A stretch of DNA of 64,000 nt from Bugula neritina (taxonomy: Eukaryota > Animalia > Bryozoa). The position numbers were made by a program, and so were the translations under genes. The stretch is from positions 4,661,628 through 4,725,627 of the forward strand of contig OZ037771.1 in the NCBI GenBank assembly GCA_964035545.1. The letters are read 5' to 3'. Below, one piece after another: positions 1 through 13,900 of the stretch (position 1 is its first letter; each line of letters starts with the position of its first letter). The notes under the pieces were generated by a model, which saw only the letters and a list, made by a program, of their open reading frames with translations, did not search any database and was not told the origin of the DNA.

Positions 1-2625
1 GTAGCGACTTTATTGGTGTTTAAGGAAAAGAGAAGTCTTCAACTAAAATTGAGTAGAAAGCTAATTTCCTGATCTACGATGGTTTTTTTGTGCAGTAATA
101 CTGGGATAGAATTTGTTTGTATAGTAAGGTACTTTTGTTTGAGAATGTTTTCAAATTTATTTAAGACTTTATAAAATCACCATTGTTAACATTATTACCT
201 GTGCCATTTTTACCTGTGCACTTTCATTAGTGCCATTTTTACCTAAAAGCATTTACAATATATATAGGCAGAAGCTACAAATAACTAAAAGCTCGTGGAC
301 AAAGTCTAAGAGTCGGCGACTGAATATTGCTCATGCAAAGGTGCTGGTAGAATAACACCTATTGAAGCCAGATAGAAAATGAAAGGGAGTTACCAGCATG
401 TTATTCATTAGTTATTGCCAGGTAACGGGTAACGTGTTCTGATTATTAAAGGTTTGAACAATCGCATATTTAAGTGAAATTGTTTTACTGGTGTCTATTT
501 GAATTGTATATATTATATGCCTTTGCTTACTGCACCTTCCTGAATCTCATGACTAATTGATATATATGCGAATGATACCAAAATTTTATAGCTACTCAGA
601 AATAATTTAACTGTATAGTTGGTCTTTTATTGCACTAAAGGTATCTAGATGTCTAAAGATATAGTTGAAATGTGTTTTGTTACCTACTCTATGTGTCTAG
701 CAAAAGTAGTTGACACAGAATAAAATTAATACAAACTGGTTTGCGTAAAATAAGAAGTTTGAGAAATGCAAAGGAGCATTTGTATTATAGAATGGAATAA
801 AATGAAGGTTGACAGGTAATAATTTTTTCTAGTAAAATATTTGTGAATGTACATAATAAAACTATCTATATAACATAATTTATGTGCAGTAAAATCTGTA
901 GCATAGTATTGCAAATGCTATAAATTACTAGATATTACTAGTGAAATGTTTCAACTACAAAAACTGTTAACAACAGAGACCTTTAAAGTTAACAAGATTT
1001 AAAATATTGGTTTTGCCTTAGTTTAGAAAATGAATATTTTATTACATAACCAAACAGGTGTAGTTGCTACTAGAACCAGTGCTTTTTGAAAAAAGCTGCA
1101 AGTTTTCTGCACATACCACAGCATTAAGCTCTTATAGTAAACCATTTCTTTAACCTCAAAGTCAACTGACTAAAGAACAACTTTTTTTATAACTAAACTT
1201 TGCTATGTTAAACTTCATGCAGAAAGATTAAGGCTCTTTTAATTTGTAAATTACATTTATTTTCTTAGATTTGAGCTAGTAGCCAGAAAGCCAAAGATCA
1301 TTTTCTGGAATTTTCTTTGATCTAATTAAACAAATATGTACGGCCAGCCATGATGGTACTATGCAACCAGTATCTTAATTTCGTCTTCTTTGATGTATCA
1401 TTAGAACAAAGATATTTCCTGTGTTAGTTTCTTTAACGACGACTTTCCTACCCGCAATGTATAGTTACTTTCTTATCTGTACTACATTTTGCCATACATT
1501 CTGGTTGTTAATACGTGACTATAAGCATGTTCATAGTATGAAATTAAAAAAAGTTTTATGTAGACATGGCGACAACATTGAAACACAAATATACAAGCAC
1601 ACGCACACACACATGCACATTAGATGAAACTGAATTATTCCAAGGTACTAGGTAGAAAGCCTCTTTTTATTTATTCAAATAAACCCATTTGTTTTTCAAA
1701 ACTGCTTCAATGTAAATTAAAGAATTAAAACAATATTTTCATTGAACGAAAAAAACACTTTATGGAATTATAGAAATTTTTGATGGAAATAGAAACTGTC
1801 TATAGAGATTGGGACAGTCTATAAAAATAGAAACACTAATTGATAAAACTAAACACAAGTAATAGACTAATGAAAGTAGTTTACAGAAATAAGGATATTG
1901 CTCGTAGAAAGAGAATGCAGTAAGCACCCTGTCCATAAAATTCTCATAGATCATAATGATACGAGTATAATAGTAATATAAACCCATCTCCAGAAACTGC
2001 AACGCCGTAGGGCTTGCAATTTGAAAGAAAAAACATCTTTTGGTAGAGCAGCAGCAAACAAAACCATTGTAGTTGCTAGTACTGCACCTGTGTATAGGTC
2101 ACCATGTAAGTCAATGTACAAAACAACTGTTTGGCTTTCATGCCGCTCATTGTCAAAATAACTTTTTATGAGTAGAAATGTGCGCATGTGAAAAGTTTTA
2201 GTATAATGTAATAATATTAGAGTCAATGATGTAGGATTTTAAGAAAATACTACTCTAAGAAAAAAATGAATTTTTTGTTAATGAAAACAAATCAATACTT
2301 GTTCTGCAGCAGCGATTTGATGTACGATATCTCAAATAGAAATTAAAAGCTCTTAACTTGAATCATAAACTTATATAGAAAAAATTCTGACTGCAAAATA
2401 ATATAAAATAAATTAAAATATTATGGAAAATTATTTATTAAAATAAGTAAGAAAGTTTAGTCTTGGTTTCACTTGTTAGAAAATTGCTTTATGCAGCACA
2501 AAACTTGGGTTAACTGAGTGCAGTGGCTTCTGTTGGAGGTATGGAGTTTGAACAGATGCATAATATACAAACACTGTACTGAGTGAACCAAGACTTTGTG
2601 CTGCATTTAGCAATTATTCATTGTT

Positions 2626-5600
2626 TCAAACTGACTGCAGGCTATTCAGATCAGTCTGTGAGGTGGTGCTGTTCTCTTCATCTGTGCTGCTGCAGCTGCT
2701 GCTGTCGCTGATTAAACATTTAGATGTGGTTGTGTCTGGTTTTAGCAGGTGCCTTTTATACCTCATCCAGCTCATGTATGTAGAGAGCACCACCAGCTGC
2801 ATTGGTATTACTTTTCTTATAATGATTGCACACACAATATATGATATAAACACAAATGTTTGTAGTTTAGCCGCCTAACTCTATTATACAATAAAATGTA
2901 TAATATTAACTAAATTATTTGTATGCCTCATGCAATCTAAATGAGGCAATGTGTAACAATTATTTTAGTGGTGTAGGAAGCATTTTCTATAATAATCATG
3001 CTTGATACTATTAAGGAGTTGTCTTATTTGAGTCAAATATTGGCAAGTTGGAGTTATGCTATAGCCGGCATATAAAAATTGTCATATTACTGCAACTTAA
3101 TGTGAAGCCATCAATATCATAATAGTATAATGTAATAGGCTACTAATGCAGGTTTATACACTATAGCCTACTGACGTTACTATAAGAATGAGCATTTAAG
3201 CATTTATACAAAACTCTAGATACACTAACCATTATAACTCCAACACCAGAGAATGATGTCATGGTCCAGGTAAAACCTGAGTGATCAGTTATGACACCCG
3301 AAACCACTGGCCCAACCATGGAGCCTAAGCCACACCCGCTGTTCAATAACCCAGCTACCATTCCATACGTCTGTACGTTATCTCTTTCATGCCCATTCAA
3401 TCTATTAACAAGCTGAAAACTGAATAGCACAAAACTGTAAAAGTTTGAAATAAGCAATGACTGAGAGAACTACAAGCATGTGCTCTTAGCCTACTAATGA
3501 AAGCAGTGTTTTTAGATTATTTATTTAAAGCCATAGAAGCATGTATACTAATCACATCGATGGATTTTGTTGCGGTATAGTTTAAAGAATGTTGGATGAA
3601 CCGATAAAATGCGTTATATATAACAGCCAAAAGTAACTCACACTGCAAGTTGCAGTCCTGCAGGAAATGGCGGAATGTAAATACCAATTTGGATCAAATT
3701 CTCTATGGAAATCGCGACGACTGGTAGAGCCAAGTACCTGAAATAACAGCAATACATGATTGCTACCAGTAGAAAGAGTTGTGATCTGTACATTACATTA
3801 TATGCTACAACAGGCAAAAAACTGGTACCAGCTAAAATTTATATTTTTAAAATCAACAATGTGGTATAGCTACTTATTATTTAAATCATTATTTTTACGT
3901 AGAAATTTTTATAGATTTGTTTTTGTTCCAAATAATATAAAACTATTTATGGTAGATAATTTCAATGTAAAGCATAAATACATGTTTCAAAGTATGCAAT
4001 ATAATATTGAATTTTAATGTATGTGTTTAAGAATTTAAAAACTTACATTGAAATTCATTATTCTACATGTATAGACAACTCAAAAAATAAGCTAAATTTT
4101 GTTATACTTCTTCAAATATGTTTATTGGTAAACATTCCATATTTTGAAACTTTAAAAATTAATTTACACAATAATATTTCGAATAAGGCACAAAACGCTC
4201 TGACTGAGTCCATTACTAAAATAAATTAAACTAATTAATATTGGAAAAATAAATAGAAAGCTTATTGTTTATATTTAAACGTTTTTTTGTAGTAAAATTT
4301 TTTACAGTAAGCCAAGTTTAATAACTGCTTACATTTCTTTGTTTTCCTCACTTTTAACGAGTTATGCAGTTACATTTATAGTGAGTTTCCACCAACTTTC
4401 AGCAAAACTTTAAAGAGATGCTACGTGGAGTATAATTTGCTGAAACACCAATGTTTTTGCAGCAAAGGTGTAAATGCATTCTAAACATAATTCCCAAACT
4501 TCTGCTTACAGCAATACCTACTTGTGCTCATTGAATATAAAGTTCAGAATAGGAGAAGGGCCGGAAAGGAGGTTCATGATTATGGAAATGCACCATGCAC
4601 CAATCATCAGAGAAAACATGTAACCCTAAAATAAAACACACTGTATATGATTTTCATGCAGTTTCATACAAAGTTACAAAAAATAATCAGTTTTTAAGTT
4701 TTTAAATTGAGCTCAACTAGTGTATCTCAAGATTGCTAAAGATGTAATAAAATGCCTTAAATAGCAATAAGGTTTTAACTATAAACAGTAACCAATTTAA
4801 GTTTACCTTGTTCACAATTTATATTTACCTTGTTGACGAGTTTTGTCATTAGAGGACATCCTCCCATATAAAGAAGAGACCACAGACCAAACAGTAAACC
4901 AACAGTGGAGGTCTTTATGCCAAACTACATATGAATTATCACTTATAATATTAAATTAATAATAATTAAGTTATCAACAGGAGTCTACTGGTATGTTAAT
5001 AACTATGCTGAACTATATAAAATCTGCAAGGGCATGCAACTTTTCACATGGCAGTAACAATATAGCTGATGGTAATTGCATACAGATAAAAACTATCCCC
5101 CTGTTCACACATTGCCGTATCGTGCGCCGTAATGTAAAATATCAGCCATCTTTAATGTGTCCGTGCTGAGGTTTACAAAGTTCGCTATTAGGTAATATAT
5201 AATACACCTCATTGGACAATTTAATCCAATGAGCTGACGCAAAGGTTTTTCTGTCCAATAGCAACTCACCACAACTAGTTTGAATCAAGCAGTGCTTGAT
5301 CCTAACGTACCATAGCACCGTGCAGGAAGCTCAGACATTTGTAAAAATGGCTGATATTTTACGTTATGAGGTACGATAGGCAATGTGTGAACGGGGGGGG
5401 GGGGGGGGGTATTTTGCGATACAACAGTTTTGAAGCCAAAACTAGTACATTATAATACACTGATTTTATCTGTAAATCGCTGTTGCATAATGTATTAGAT
5501 TTTGGCATAATATTGTATGTTCTTGCTATTAAGAAGTTATGCTTTCCTTGCAACTTCTTATATAATGTAATCTTATAACTAAAAGATAGGAACACAACCA

Positions 5601-8600
5601 TTTAGCAATGCATGGTGGTATTGCAGGAAACATGTGTAACAACAGCTGCTGTAGTAATGGAAGCCGCCACAACATTGCAAAAGTTTCATGCCATGGGTAA
5701 TGGAAGTAGTGAATAAATTATAAAATATAGATGCTATGTAGTGCTTATAAGTGTTAGCATTTAGTGACAAACAATTTATGGCAGTTGTTTATGGCTAGTT
5801 GCAAGCTGTAGCTATAATAGTGGTAAGTAGCAAGTAATGGTAGGCTATCCGGTGACAACTAGTGACAATTACAGTGACAATTATAGTGACAACTAGTGAC
5901 AAGTAGTGACAAGTAGTGACAAGTAGTGACAAGTAGTGACAAGTAGTGAAAATTAGTGACAACTAGTGAAAATTAGTTGCAAATGGTGACAAGCAGTGAC
6001 ATGAGTGACAAATATTGTAGTAACAAGTAGTGACAATTAAGGAGTGACAAATAGTGACAAGAAGTGACAAATAATGACAAGTATAAGTGACATGTAGTGG
6101 CAAGTAGTGACATGTAGTGGCAAGTAGTGACAAGGAGTGACAAATAGTGACAAGGAGTGCCAAATAGTGACAAGTATAAGTGACATGTAGTGACAAGTGA
6201 TAACAGATCATATCAGAAAGATTAACTTACTGCATTGGTTAAATAGCTGCTTATCCCAACATTTCTTGCACTGCCAATGAATTTATATGCAAAGCAGTGA
6301 GTAGTGAGCAACATTATTCCAGGAATCCTGGCCATTTGCAACGAGGAAGTCTTAGAAACCTTTTTGCTCTCTTAACAAAGAGGAAAAAGTTAGTGAAGAA
6401 CTTCACTCATAAAGAAAAAGGCTAAAAAAGTCTATGGATTGATCAGTAAATTTTATGTTGGTTGTCTATCTAGCTATTACATAACTTAATGTGAAACTTT
6501 GAATATAACAAGCTATTGTGTATTATATTATTTATTCCATTATGAATTATCCAGTAAAATTTTATAGCATGTTTATAGGTATAGCAGATACATGGCTAAT
6601 TGTAAAACTACTTAAAAAGTAAAGGTACTTCATGACTTATGACTCAAATTATTATAAGTGTTACTTAGATATAAATAATGCATCATTCTATGAGAGTTGC
6701 TAATTTTGTAATAGACGCATGAATTCAGATTTGTTTATTTATATTATTTATAATTAGCAATAACACCAGCAATTGGAAATAACAATCAAAATTATCATGG
6801 ATCAACAAATACGAGCTGGTGCAAATATAATATAATGTATTTTGTACGTTGACTTACCTATCACAGGGATAGCAAACACTTCAACTATACACAGCAACCC
6901 CATAAAACAACCAATAGTCCAAAACATGCACATGTACCCTCCAACCTGAAAATAATTCATAATTGATAAATCATTTTAGTCAATGTTAGCAAGTTCTGAT
7001 AAATTATTCAATTTCACTTTGTGCAATATTCCTCATGCATATATCATGAACATGGCCAAGTGGCCAACCTATATATCGTAAAAGTGTTACATAAATGTAT
7101 TCATTCATAAAAATTGCATTAAAAATATTTTTAGTAATTTACCTTCTAGTAACCTTTTAGTAATCTACCTTTTTAAAAAAGAAAGCTACAATAACTTACA
7201 AATTTATTATCATGGTGCAACTTTAAAAATTGCTTACACAATATTTGTTTAAAGTTCTATAGAATTTGTTAAACATAAATTATAATTTTGTTTTTTTTGG
7301 GTATTTTTATAGCTGGTATATATAAAATCGACATTCAAAAGTTAGAAAAGCCCTTTATATGGAAAATGGCTGACAAAGTTGAGAAAATGTTACAATAAAG
7401 CTCGGGTTTATTTGTTTACACCATATTCTATGATGATAAAAGCTAACCTGGTTAAGCGCAGCACCAATGGCAGGTCCAACAGCATACCCACCACCTTGTA
7501 GCACCTCTACTAAACACTGTAAATTAAATTTAAAGAGTAAACATATATCTATTTATACATTGCTGGAATATAATTTTGTCTTGCAGCAAATGGACACATC
7601 TGATAAGTCCTGATTTAAGTCAATATGCACAGAATTATAATAGAAAGTTAAAAGAAATTTAAGATCTAAAATGTTTGCTTCTTTTTAAACAGCTCATGCC
7701 TAACACTACACTAACACTTCACTACCATACTAGCATCTCACTATTACACTGAGAACTTACCAATTAAGTCAAATTGATAAATTAAATTATTAATTGCTTA
7801 AGCATAGTATGTATACATTCAATAAAATTTACTTCAAATCTAAAATAGTATACATATTTCATTATAAAATCAATACAGTGAGGAATAAAAAATAGTTCAC
7901 CTAGTTTTCAATTTTCACTTGTTGAGTTTTCTTCCCTTAGTTTAAATAGTTGCTTTGGTATGACAACTTTATCATTACACAGTTTTTTTTCATATTTGTT
8001 GTTTTAGTTTTGCCAATATTTTAGCTGGATGCATCTTGCAAAAACTATGTTTGCACTTATAGTGTATTTATAAAAGCAAGGAATTGTAAATTGAAACACA
8101 TGTCTATGAAAAACATTGTCATATATACTACACAGTTAAATGTTTATTGCTACAGTGTTTTCATTATAATACAGTCATGCAAAGTAACAGGCAAAAACTT
8201 CTGTATAATTTACAATTCTGCTATATAGACTATAGAAAAGAATTTCTGTATAATCTACAGTTTTGCTATATTATAGACTATAGAAAAGAAGAATAGTTTA
8301 GTCACATGAACTGTAGATGGCCAATGAGTGTCAATAGTTGAAGCTGTTAAAAAGCTGTTCAATTGATGTTATACTAAATAAAGCAATATCATTTGCTTTT
8401 TGGGCTATTTCAAGAGCAAAAAATGACAAAAATGTTTAACAATTTTATTGGCTGAAGGCAGTTTTTTGTTCTTCTTTAAAATAAAGGATAACGGATAATT
8501 TTTAAAAAAACTGCTCATGCCCAGTAGAACACCTACCACTAGTGTCAAGTAGAGCACCTACCACTAGTGTCAAGTAGAGCACCTACACTCATGTCAAGTA

Positions 8601-9876
8601 GAGCACCTACCACTAGTGTCAAGTAGAGCACCTACCACTAATGTCAAGTAGAGCACCTACACTCATGTCAAGTAGAGCACCTACACTCATGTCAAGTAGA
8701 GCACCTATACACTCATGTCAAGTAGAGCACCTATCACTAATGTCAAGTAGAGCACCTACCACTATTGTAGCTGTGCTGTAGGATGTAGCCTTTAGAAGTG
8801 TAGTCATAAGAGCTACTGCCAGTGTTGCAGCACCACACCCAGCAACTAATCTGATGAGAATACACAGTGGTAGGTAAACTTCGTCTGCTGCGTATGTCAC
8901 AGCACTACAATACCAACCAGCATACGATTTATATTGTAGAGTTAAAACTATCCCTTTTACTATAATAATTACAAGTAAAAGTTAGAAATTTAAACATTAA
9001 ATATGGCAGTAGAGGGTAATTTTAAATCTGTGGAATTATGAAAAAAATACCATATTTTAATTTTGTAAAGCTGTTGAGAGATGCTAAACTGCAAGGCATA
9101 GGACAGTGGTTTTGCTATTGCAATGAAAAACAACAGTGACTATTTTTTCAAGCGCTTCTATAAATATCTTACTGTTTATATAGATATACACCAACTTACC
9201 CAAAGGAAATGCAAGTAGCTGAAAGCATAGCAGTTCCTACCAAGCACAAAGTTTTAGGGCTAATCCGCCCCATCTGCAAATATTCAAATGATATAACCTT
9301 AGGCTAGAATGCAGCTACATATTAACATAGTTGTAATGAGATTCTGAGCCTATAATTCGTCAAACTCTGCGTAGTTTGTCATTTCAGAGCAGTAGTGGAG
9401 AAATTGAGTAGCCTACGTTTTTAAATTTACTATTGAATTTTGGTTTAGTTCTCAAAAGAACATAACTTCTTATGCTACATTTCTAATCTAGAACACAGGC
9501 TTTTCTCAATTTCTCCATTACTGCACCTACCTCTAGCTTATTTAACTATGACTGATGATGAGAAAAGCAACAATAGTAAAAAATATTTGGAGTTTTTCTC
9601 CCTGACACTTACTAAATACCCGGCAACAGGTGAGGCAGCAAATCTAGTCAATTCAAATGAGGAAAAGACAAGTCCAATTTCAGTACTTTCCAAACCCTTG
9701 CTCTTTGCTTCGTGAGGGAAGAAGGGGAAGAGAAAAGTATCAGTACACAAGGTCGCGAACTGAGCCGTTAAAAGTGTTCCCAACAGGAATCTCTCTCTCC
9801 ATTTAGGTAGACAGAATCTTCCAGAAACCCTCTTTTCAATTAAAGGTTCAGTTTCTTGTGCTACAGCATCAGCCAT
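2626..9876 (-). CDS. SLC18B1-like: MFS transporter, SLC18B1-like, paralog 1 (11 coding exons, ~472 aa)
   Basis: Hand-spliced GT-AG exons (minus): 9876-9613, 9273-9200, 8904-8760, 7516-7448, 6945-6858, 6370-6231, 4924-4829, 4625-4522, 3737-3642, 3401-3230, 2796-2626; total 1419 nt, frame open. Motifs FLFPFFPHEAKSKGL..EIG, LVEVLQGGGYAVGP..G and NGHE...TYGMVAGLLNSG.GLG.MVGP recall SLC18B1-type MFS proteins (family assignment from memory). Confidence 0.9.
5097..5397. mobile_element. MITE with ~55-bp imperfect terminal inverted repeats
   Basis: Left cccctgttcacacattgccgtatcgt...gtaaaatatcagccat mirrors right atggctgatattttac...acgataggcaatgtgtgaacgggg; the right end runs into a G-tract; in intron 6 of paralog 1. 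Confidence 0.75.
5850..6200. repeat. Degenerate 10-bp tandem repeat (AGTGACAAGT)n
   Basis: About 35 imperfect units directly after the exon-6 donor of paralog 1; explains the low-complexity ORFs at 5963-6211. Confidence 0.9.
8523..8767 (-). repeat. 24-26-bp minisatellite (10 copies) built on the exon-3 splice donor of paralog 1
   Basis: Plus-strand unit agtagagcacctaccactagtgtca; on the minus strand most units read GTG|gtaggtgctctac, the real donor at 8760/8759. Confidence 0.92.
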
Positions 9877-10987
9877 GTCTGTGATGGTTTAGTAGCAATA
9901 GTGTGACAGTTACAGTGTGTAGCTTGTAGTTCTACTCTAGTTGTACCATGAGTTGTGCATCAAATCCAGTTATCTCTGGTATATGGTTACAAGTTTGTTG
10001 CTGAGCAGCATGCATAATACTGTAATAACACAAAAGTTAGTAATGACTGTAAATAAGTTCTAATTTTAGAATTTATGCTGATAGAGTTTATTAACCTTGT
10101 AATATCAATTATACAAGATAAACTTTGTATTGATGGAGCTTTTAAAATCTCATTGTAGAATAGGCAGTTCAAATCTGTCCATCATTATCATGAGTCGACC
10201 AATTATATTATATTATTTTTATGTTTGACAGAAATATAAATAATAAGATACAGATTAAGTTACGTTTCGGTGTAAGCATGTAGTAACTAATTTTAAGTTT
10301 GAATGATCTATAATGCAGACTTTTTGTAGGAATTTGATAACCATCTGTTTTCAGTATCATCATAATATTATAATATTTAGCATTTGAGTTTATTGAATAT
10401 TATAAAAAGTGATAACTAATTTATGACTTGGAAAAAATTTTTAATAATTTTTTGTCACAAAATATTTTATACTCAAGAATTTTACAGTTGAACTTTTAGC
10501 CTAAATAGTCACTTGTAAGAATGTTACAATGAAGACCATTACTGTGCTCAAGTTTTTAAGAGTTATCTTTCCAATAAAATCTATTATTCATGAATTATCT
10601 TCATCAGTGTGGGGCGATGCTTAAAAAGTTGTTCAGAAGTTGTGGTAGAAAATTATTAGTTTATTAAATTAAACATCACACCTCACTCTCCAATGCATCA
10701 TGTAAAATATTCTGTAAATCACCTGGTAACCGATGTAATACACAAATAAGAGAAGTTTTATAGTGTTAGTGGCTGTAAATATAACCACTTATAGTAGGCT
10801 ATGCTGCATGAATGCACATGCATTCAATGATTAATTGATTGAGAACTCGAGCTGCTATTGGTAAGATATTTCTATGGAAACCTAGAAAGAGTTATTATAT
10901 AAAACACTTGAACATTATATTCCAAAGACATTGCAGTTCTTACAGGTCACAGTCTGCGGATACATTTGGAGCATAAATTAATTCAAA

Positions 10988-13900
10988 ATGAGTGAAGACG
11001 AAGAATCAGAAAAGAAAGCACTTATACTTACAGAGGAAGAAGAAAGAGAAGACTCTGAAAGCCTACCTACTAAACAAGAAGAAGAAGCATGTCAAGAATT
11101 AACTAAATGTAGAGAGTACCTGCTATTATGTGTCCTGCTCTTCTCTCAGTTTGTGGCGTTGTGCACTGACACTTTCTTGTTCCCTTTCTTTCCTCAAGAA
11201 GCAAAGAGCAAAGGACTTACTCATGTGGAGATTGGAACGATTTTCAGTTCATTTGAGTTTGCTAGATTTATGACTGCGCCAGTATTGGGATACCTGGTAA
11301 ACTTTTTATTTCAGCAGTTTATTAGAATATTAATTATATAGAATTATATAAATCATTATGTTCGAGAAGCCAACTTTTCAACTTTGAAATGTGTAACTAA
11401 AAATGAAATTTTATATCTAAATTATATGTTTCTATATGATAAAGTGCTTTTATTCTTAACTAAATAATAAGCAGTACTTTTTCTTACTCGTTACAGCTTT
11501 CTTGGATTAGCCCAAAGACTGTACGTACAGCTGCTACAATTATATTGGCCATGGCTTGTATTGCCTTTGGGTAAGCACTTTTTGACTACGATATAGCAGT
11601 TAGAAGATATTCATTAATGCTGCACTTGATTTTAGCTCTGCATAAACTTGTAAAACTTTAAAAATGATAATGGTTTAGATCTTCACTGAGTATTTGAAAA
11701 TATGTCTTCCATGGTAAAAGATATTAATAATCTCAGCTGCTCCATGCAGCCACTGTTTGGTTTGTCGTGAGGTTTTACGTTTTTTAATTGAGTTGCTTGA
11801 ATAGAGCTTCAAACTTCTTACATTTTTTTATTATATTAAACAACACTTCTATCCATAGCCTAAGCATCTGTATTACAAGTATTTGAGTCCTTCTAAAAGC
11901 CTCAAATTATTTGTTTCCTGTTCCTAGAACATATAGGATTTTCTCATGTATATTCTTAATCAAATTCTTTGGGCTCAAATTCTTTTCTGTTGAGAGCCAA
12001 GTTGTGATGCATAATCTATAGGGCAAACAAAGTTTTTTTGCAGATGAGCTAATGTTTTTGGCTAAGAAACTCAATTACTTACGTAAAAAAACTTAAAAAA
12101 TCTAAGCATTCACTACCATCTCAAGATTCTGTACAGGCTGAGCTTGTACAGATGAATTTCCCTTAACCTACGGTTGTGGTTTCATTCAATTGATGTTGAC
12201 TCCATGCATCGATTAAAAAAATTAATAATGCGAAGCATGAGTACACATAGCGAGTATATAAATGAATTCATAAAGAAAATATTTACAAAATTGCAGAGGT
12301 ACCAGCAGTACTCTTGCTTTGTGAACATTTTAGATAATGGAAACCGATACTTTTCTCTAACCTGGTTTTCACCAATGTTTTTATAATATAAATACTCTAT
12401 GCCTTCAGATATACGAAAGAGAAAGCTATAACTACATAAAACGTTTATTACCAATGACCTAAATTCATCCGTGGCTTTACTCTAATCATGACCATTGCCA
12501 TAGACATGGACATGGCCTCCCACTGACCATTATAACTATTAGCATGAGAGGACTGACTTGTCAAAGGTTTAGAAAACCAATGATTGATAATTTCTAAGCA
12601 TGTCAATATATTGATTTAGTAACACCCACCATATTATTAACAAGTTTAAAACTTCTCTAAACTGATATGCTGGTAAATAAGTAACTAAGTTGCACATCTG
12701 ATACATCAATATACTATTCAAACCAAAGTGTCTCATATTATACTTACCTCTATAGTTTCTTTCACTGATCCATGCTAGATTACATCCTGGTATAATGCTA
12801 GTTACTTATTTAGTCATTTAAATTAAATTAAATATGTAAGCTATGCAAAAAAATTAGATAAAAGAATACAATATTAAATTTTATCATTATAAAGTACATT
12901 TTTGTAATATGCTATGTACAATGAGCCCAATTTAATGTAAATTCCACAATATTTGTAGGTGGGGATAATCATTAATATTTTTATTACCAGTGGGCTAGTT
13001 GATTTCAGCTAGCTTTTGTTAGCTTTAAATGAGTTTTGGCTAGAAGCCTGAAACATCTGTAGCTGTGAATACCTATAGGAAAATTCTTAAATGATTTTTG
13101 TAGAGCTGAAAAAATGAATAATCTAACCATTCTTATTCTCCCCATTTCTTAAACCAAGCAGCTACTTTCTATGTAGGATTGTTTAGCTGAAACCGATTGT
13201 AGAATTAAAAAATAACAAAAATAAAATTGACTCTCCTCAAAAATATGGTTACTAATACTTATGAGAACAACTTTGACATTAAATCTGTCATTGTATCATT
13301 TTGTATCCATTGCTATAGATGCAATGATTCATAATCTGAGACAATTTCCATGCATTGAATCTATGACTGACAATGTCTGTGAATTTAATATACAAGCATG
13401 GACAGTTTTATTCATTTGTTTTGTTTTATCAATATAAGTTTGCAAAGAGCCTACGTACTATATATATCTATAGTCTATACTAATTATATTGATGATCATG
13501 AATCAGTTCAGCTACTTATATATGCAAAAACTAAGAAAATAATACATTAGTTGGCATAAGCAAATTTGCTTATTAACCTTTGACCTGTAAATAAGCAAAT
13601 TAATTTTCTACTTATCAGTTTCAATTAAACAACTTTTTGTTATACTGTTATAGCTACAGCACCAGCGTGTTGACATAATTGCATATACATATACATAATT
13701 ATATTCTTATAGCCTATTTCTATAAATTTAGAAAGTGAAATCTCACACTAATGTGAATTTCTAGGATTCATTCGTTTGTTTCTAATTTTTAGATAATAGA
13801 TATACTGCTTAGACATAGCATCACATAGATTAGAATATAAATTTTTTTTAAGTTAGTTTGATGTTTGTAGTCTTTAGTTCAAAGTCCTATAGGCTGTGTA

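Noticed and set aside
190-470. Repeated gtgccatttttacct motifs and a possible TE end
   Set aside because: Probably a transposon remnant, but no boundaries or family can be supported within the window.
726-2226. Short ORFs downstream of paralog 1
   Set aside because: No recognisable motifs or consistent exon structure; expected by chance in AT-rich DNA.
8199-8290. ~45-bp direct duplication in intron 3 of paralog 1
   Set aside because: An ordinary local slippage duplication with no evident function.
8523-8767. CRISPR-like regularly spaced repeats
   Set aside because: There are no unique spacers, no cas genes and the context is a eukaryotic intron; it is a simple minisatellite.
10565-10610. 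CUGAUGA with a distant GAAA on the minus strand
   Set aside because: No convincing stems I or III, and stem II does not abut the core.
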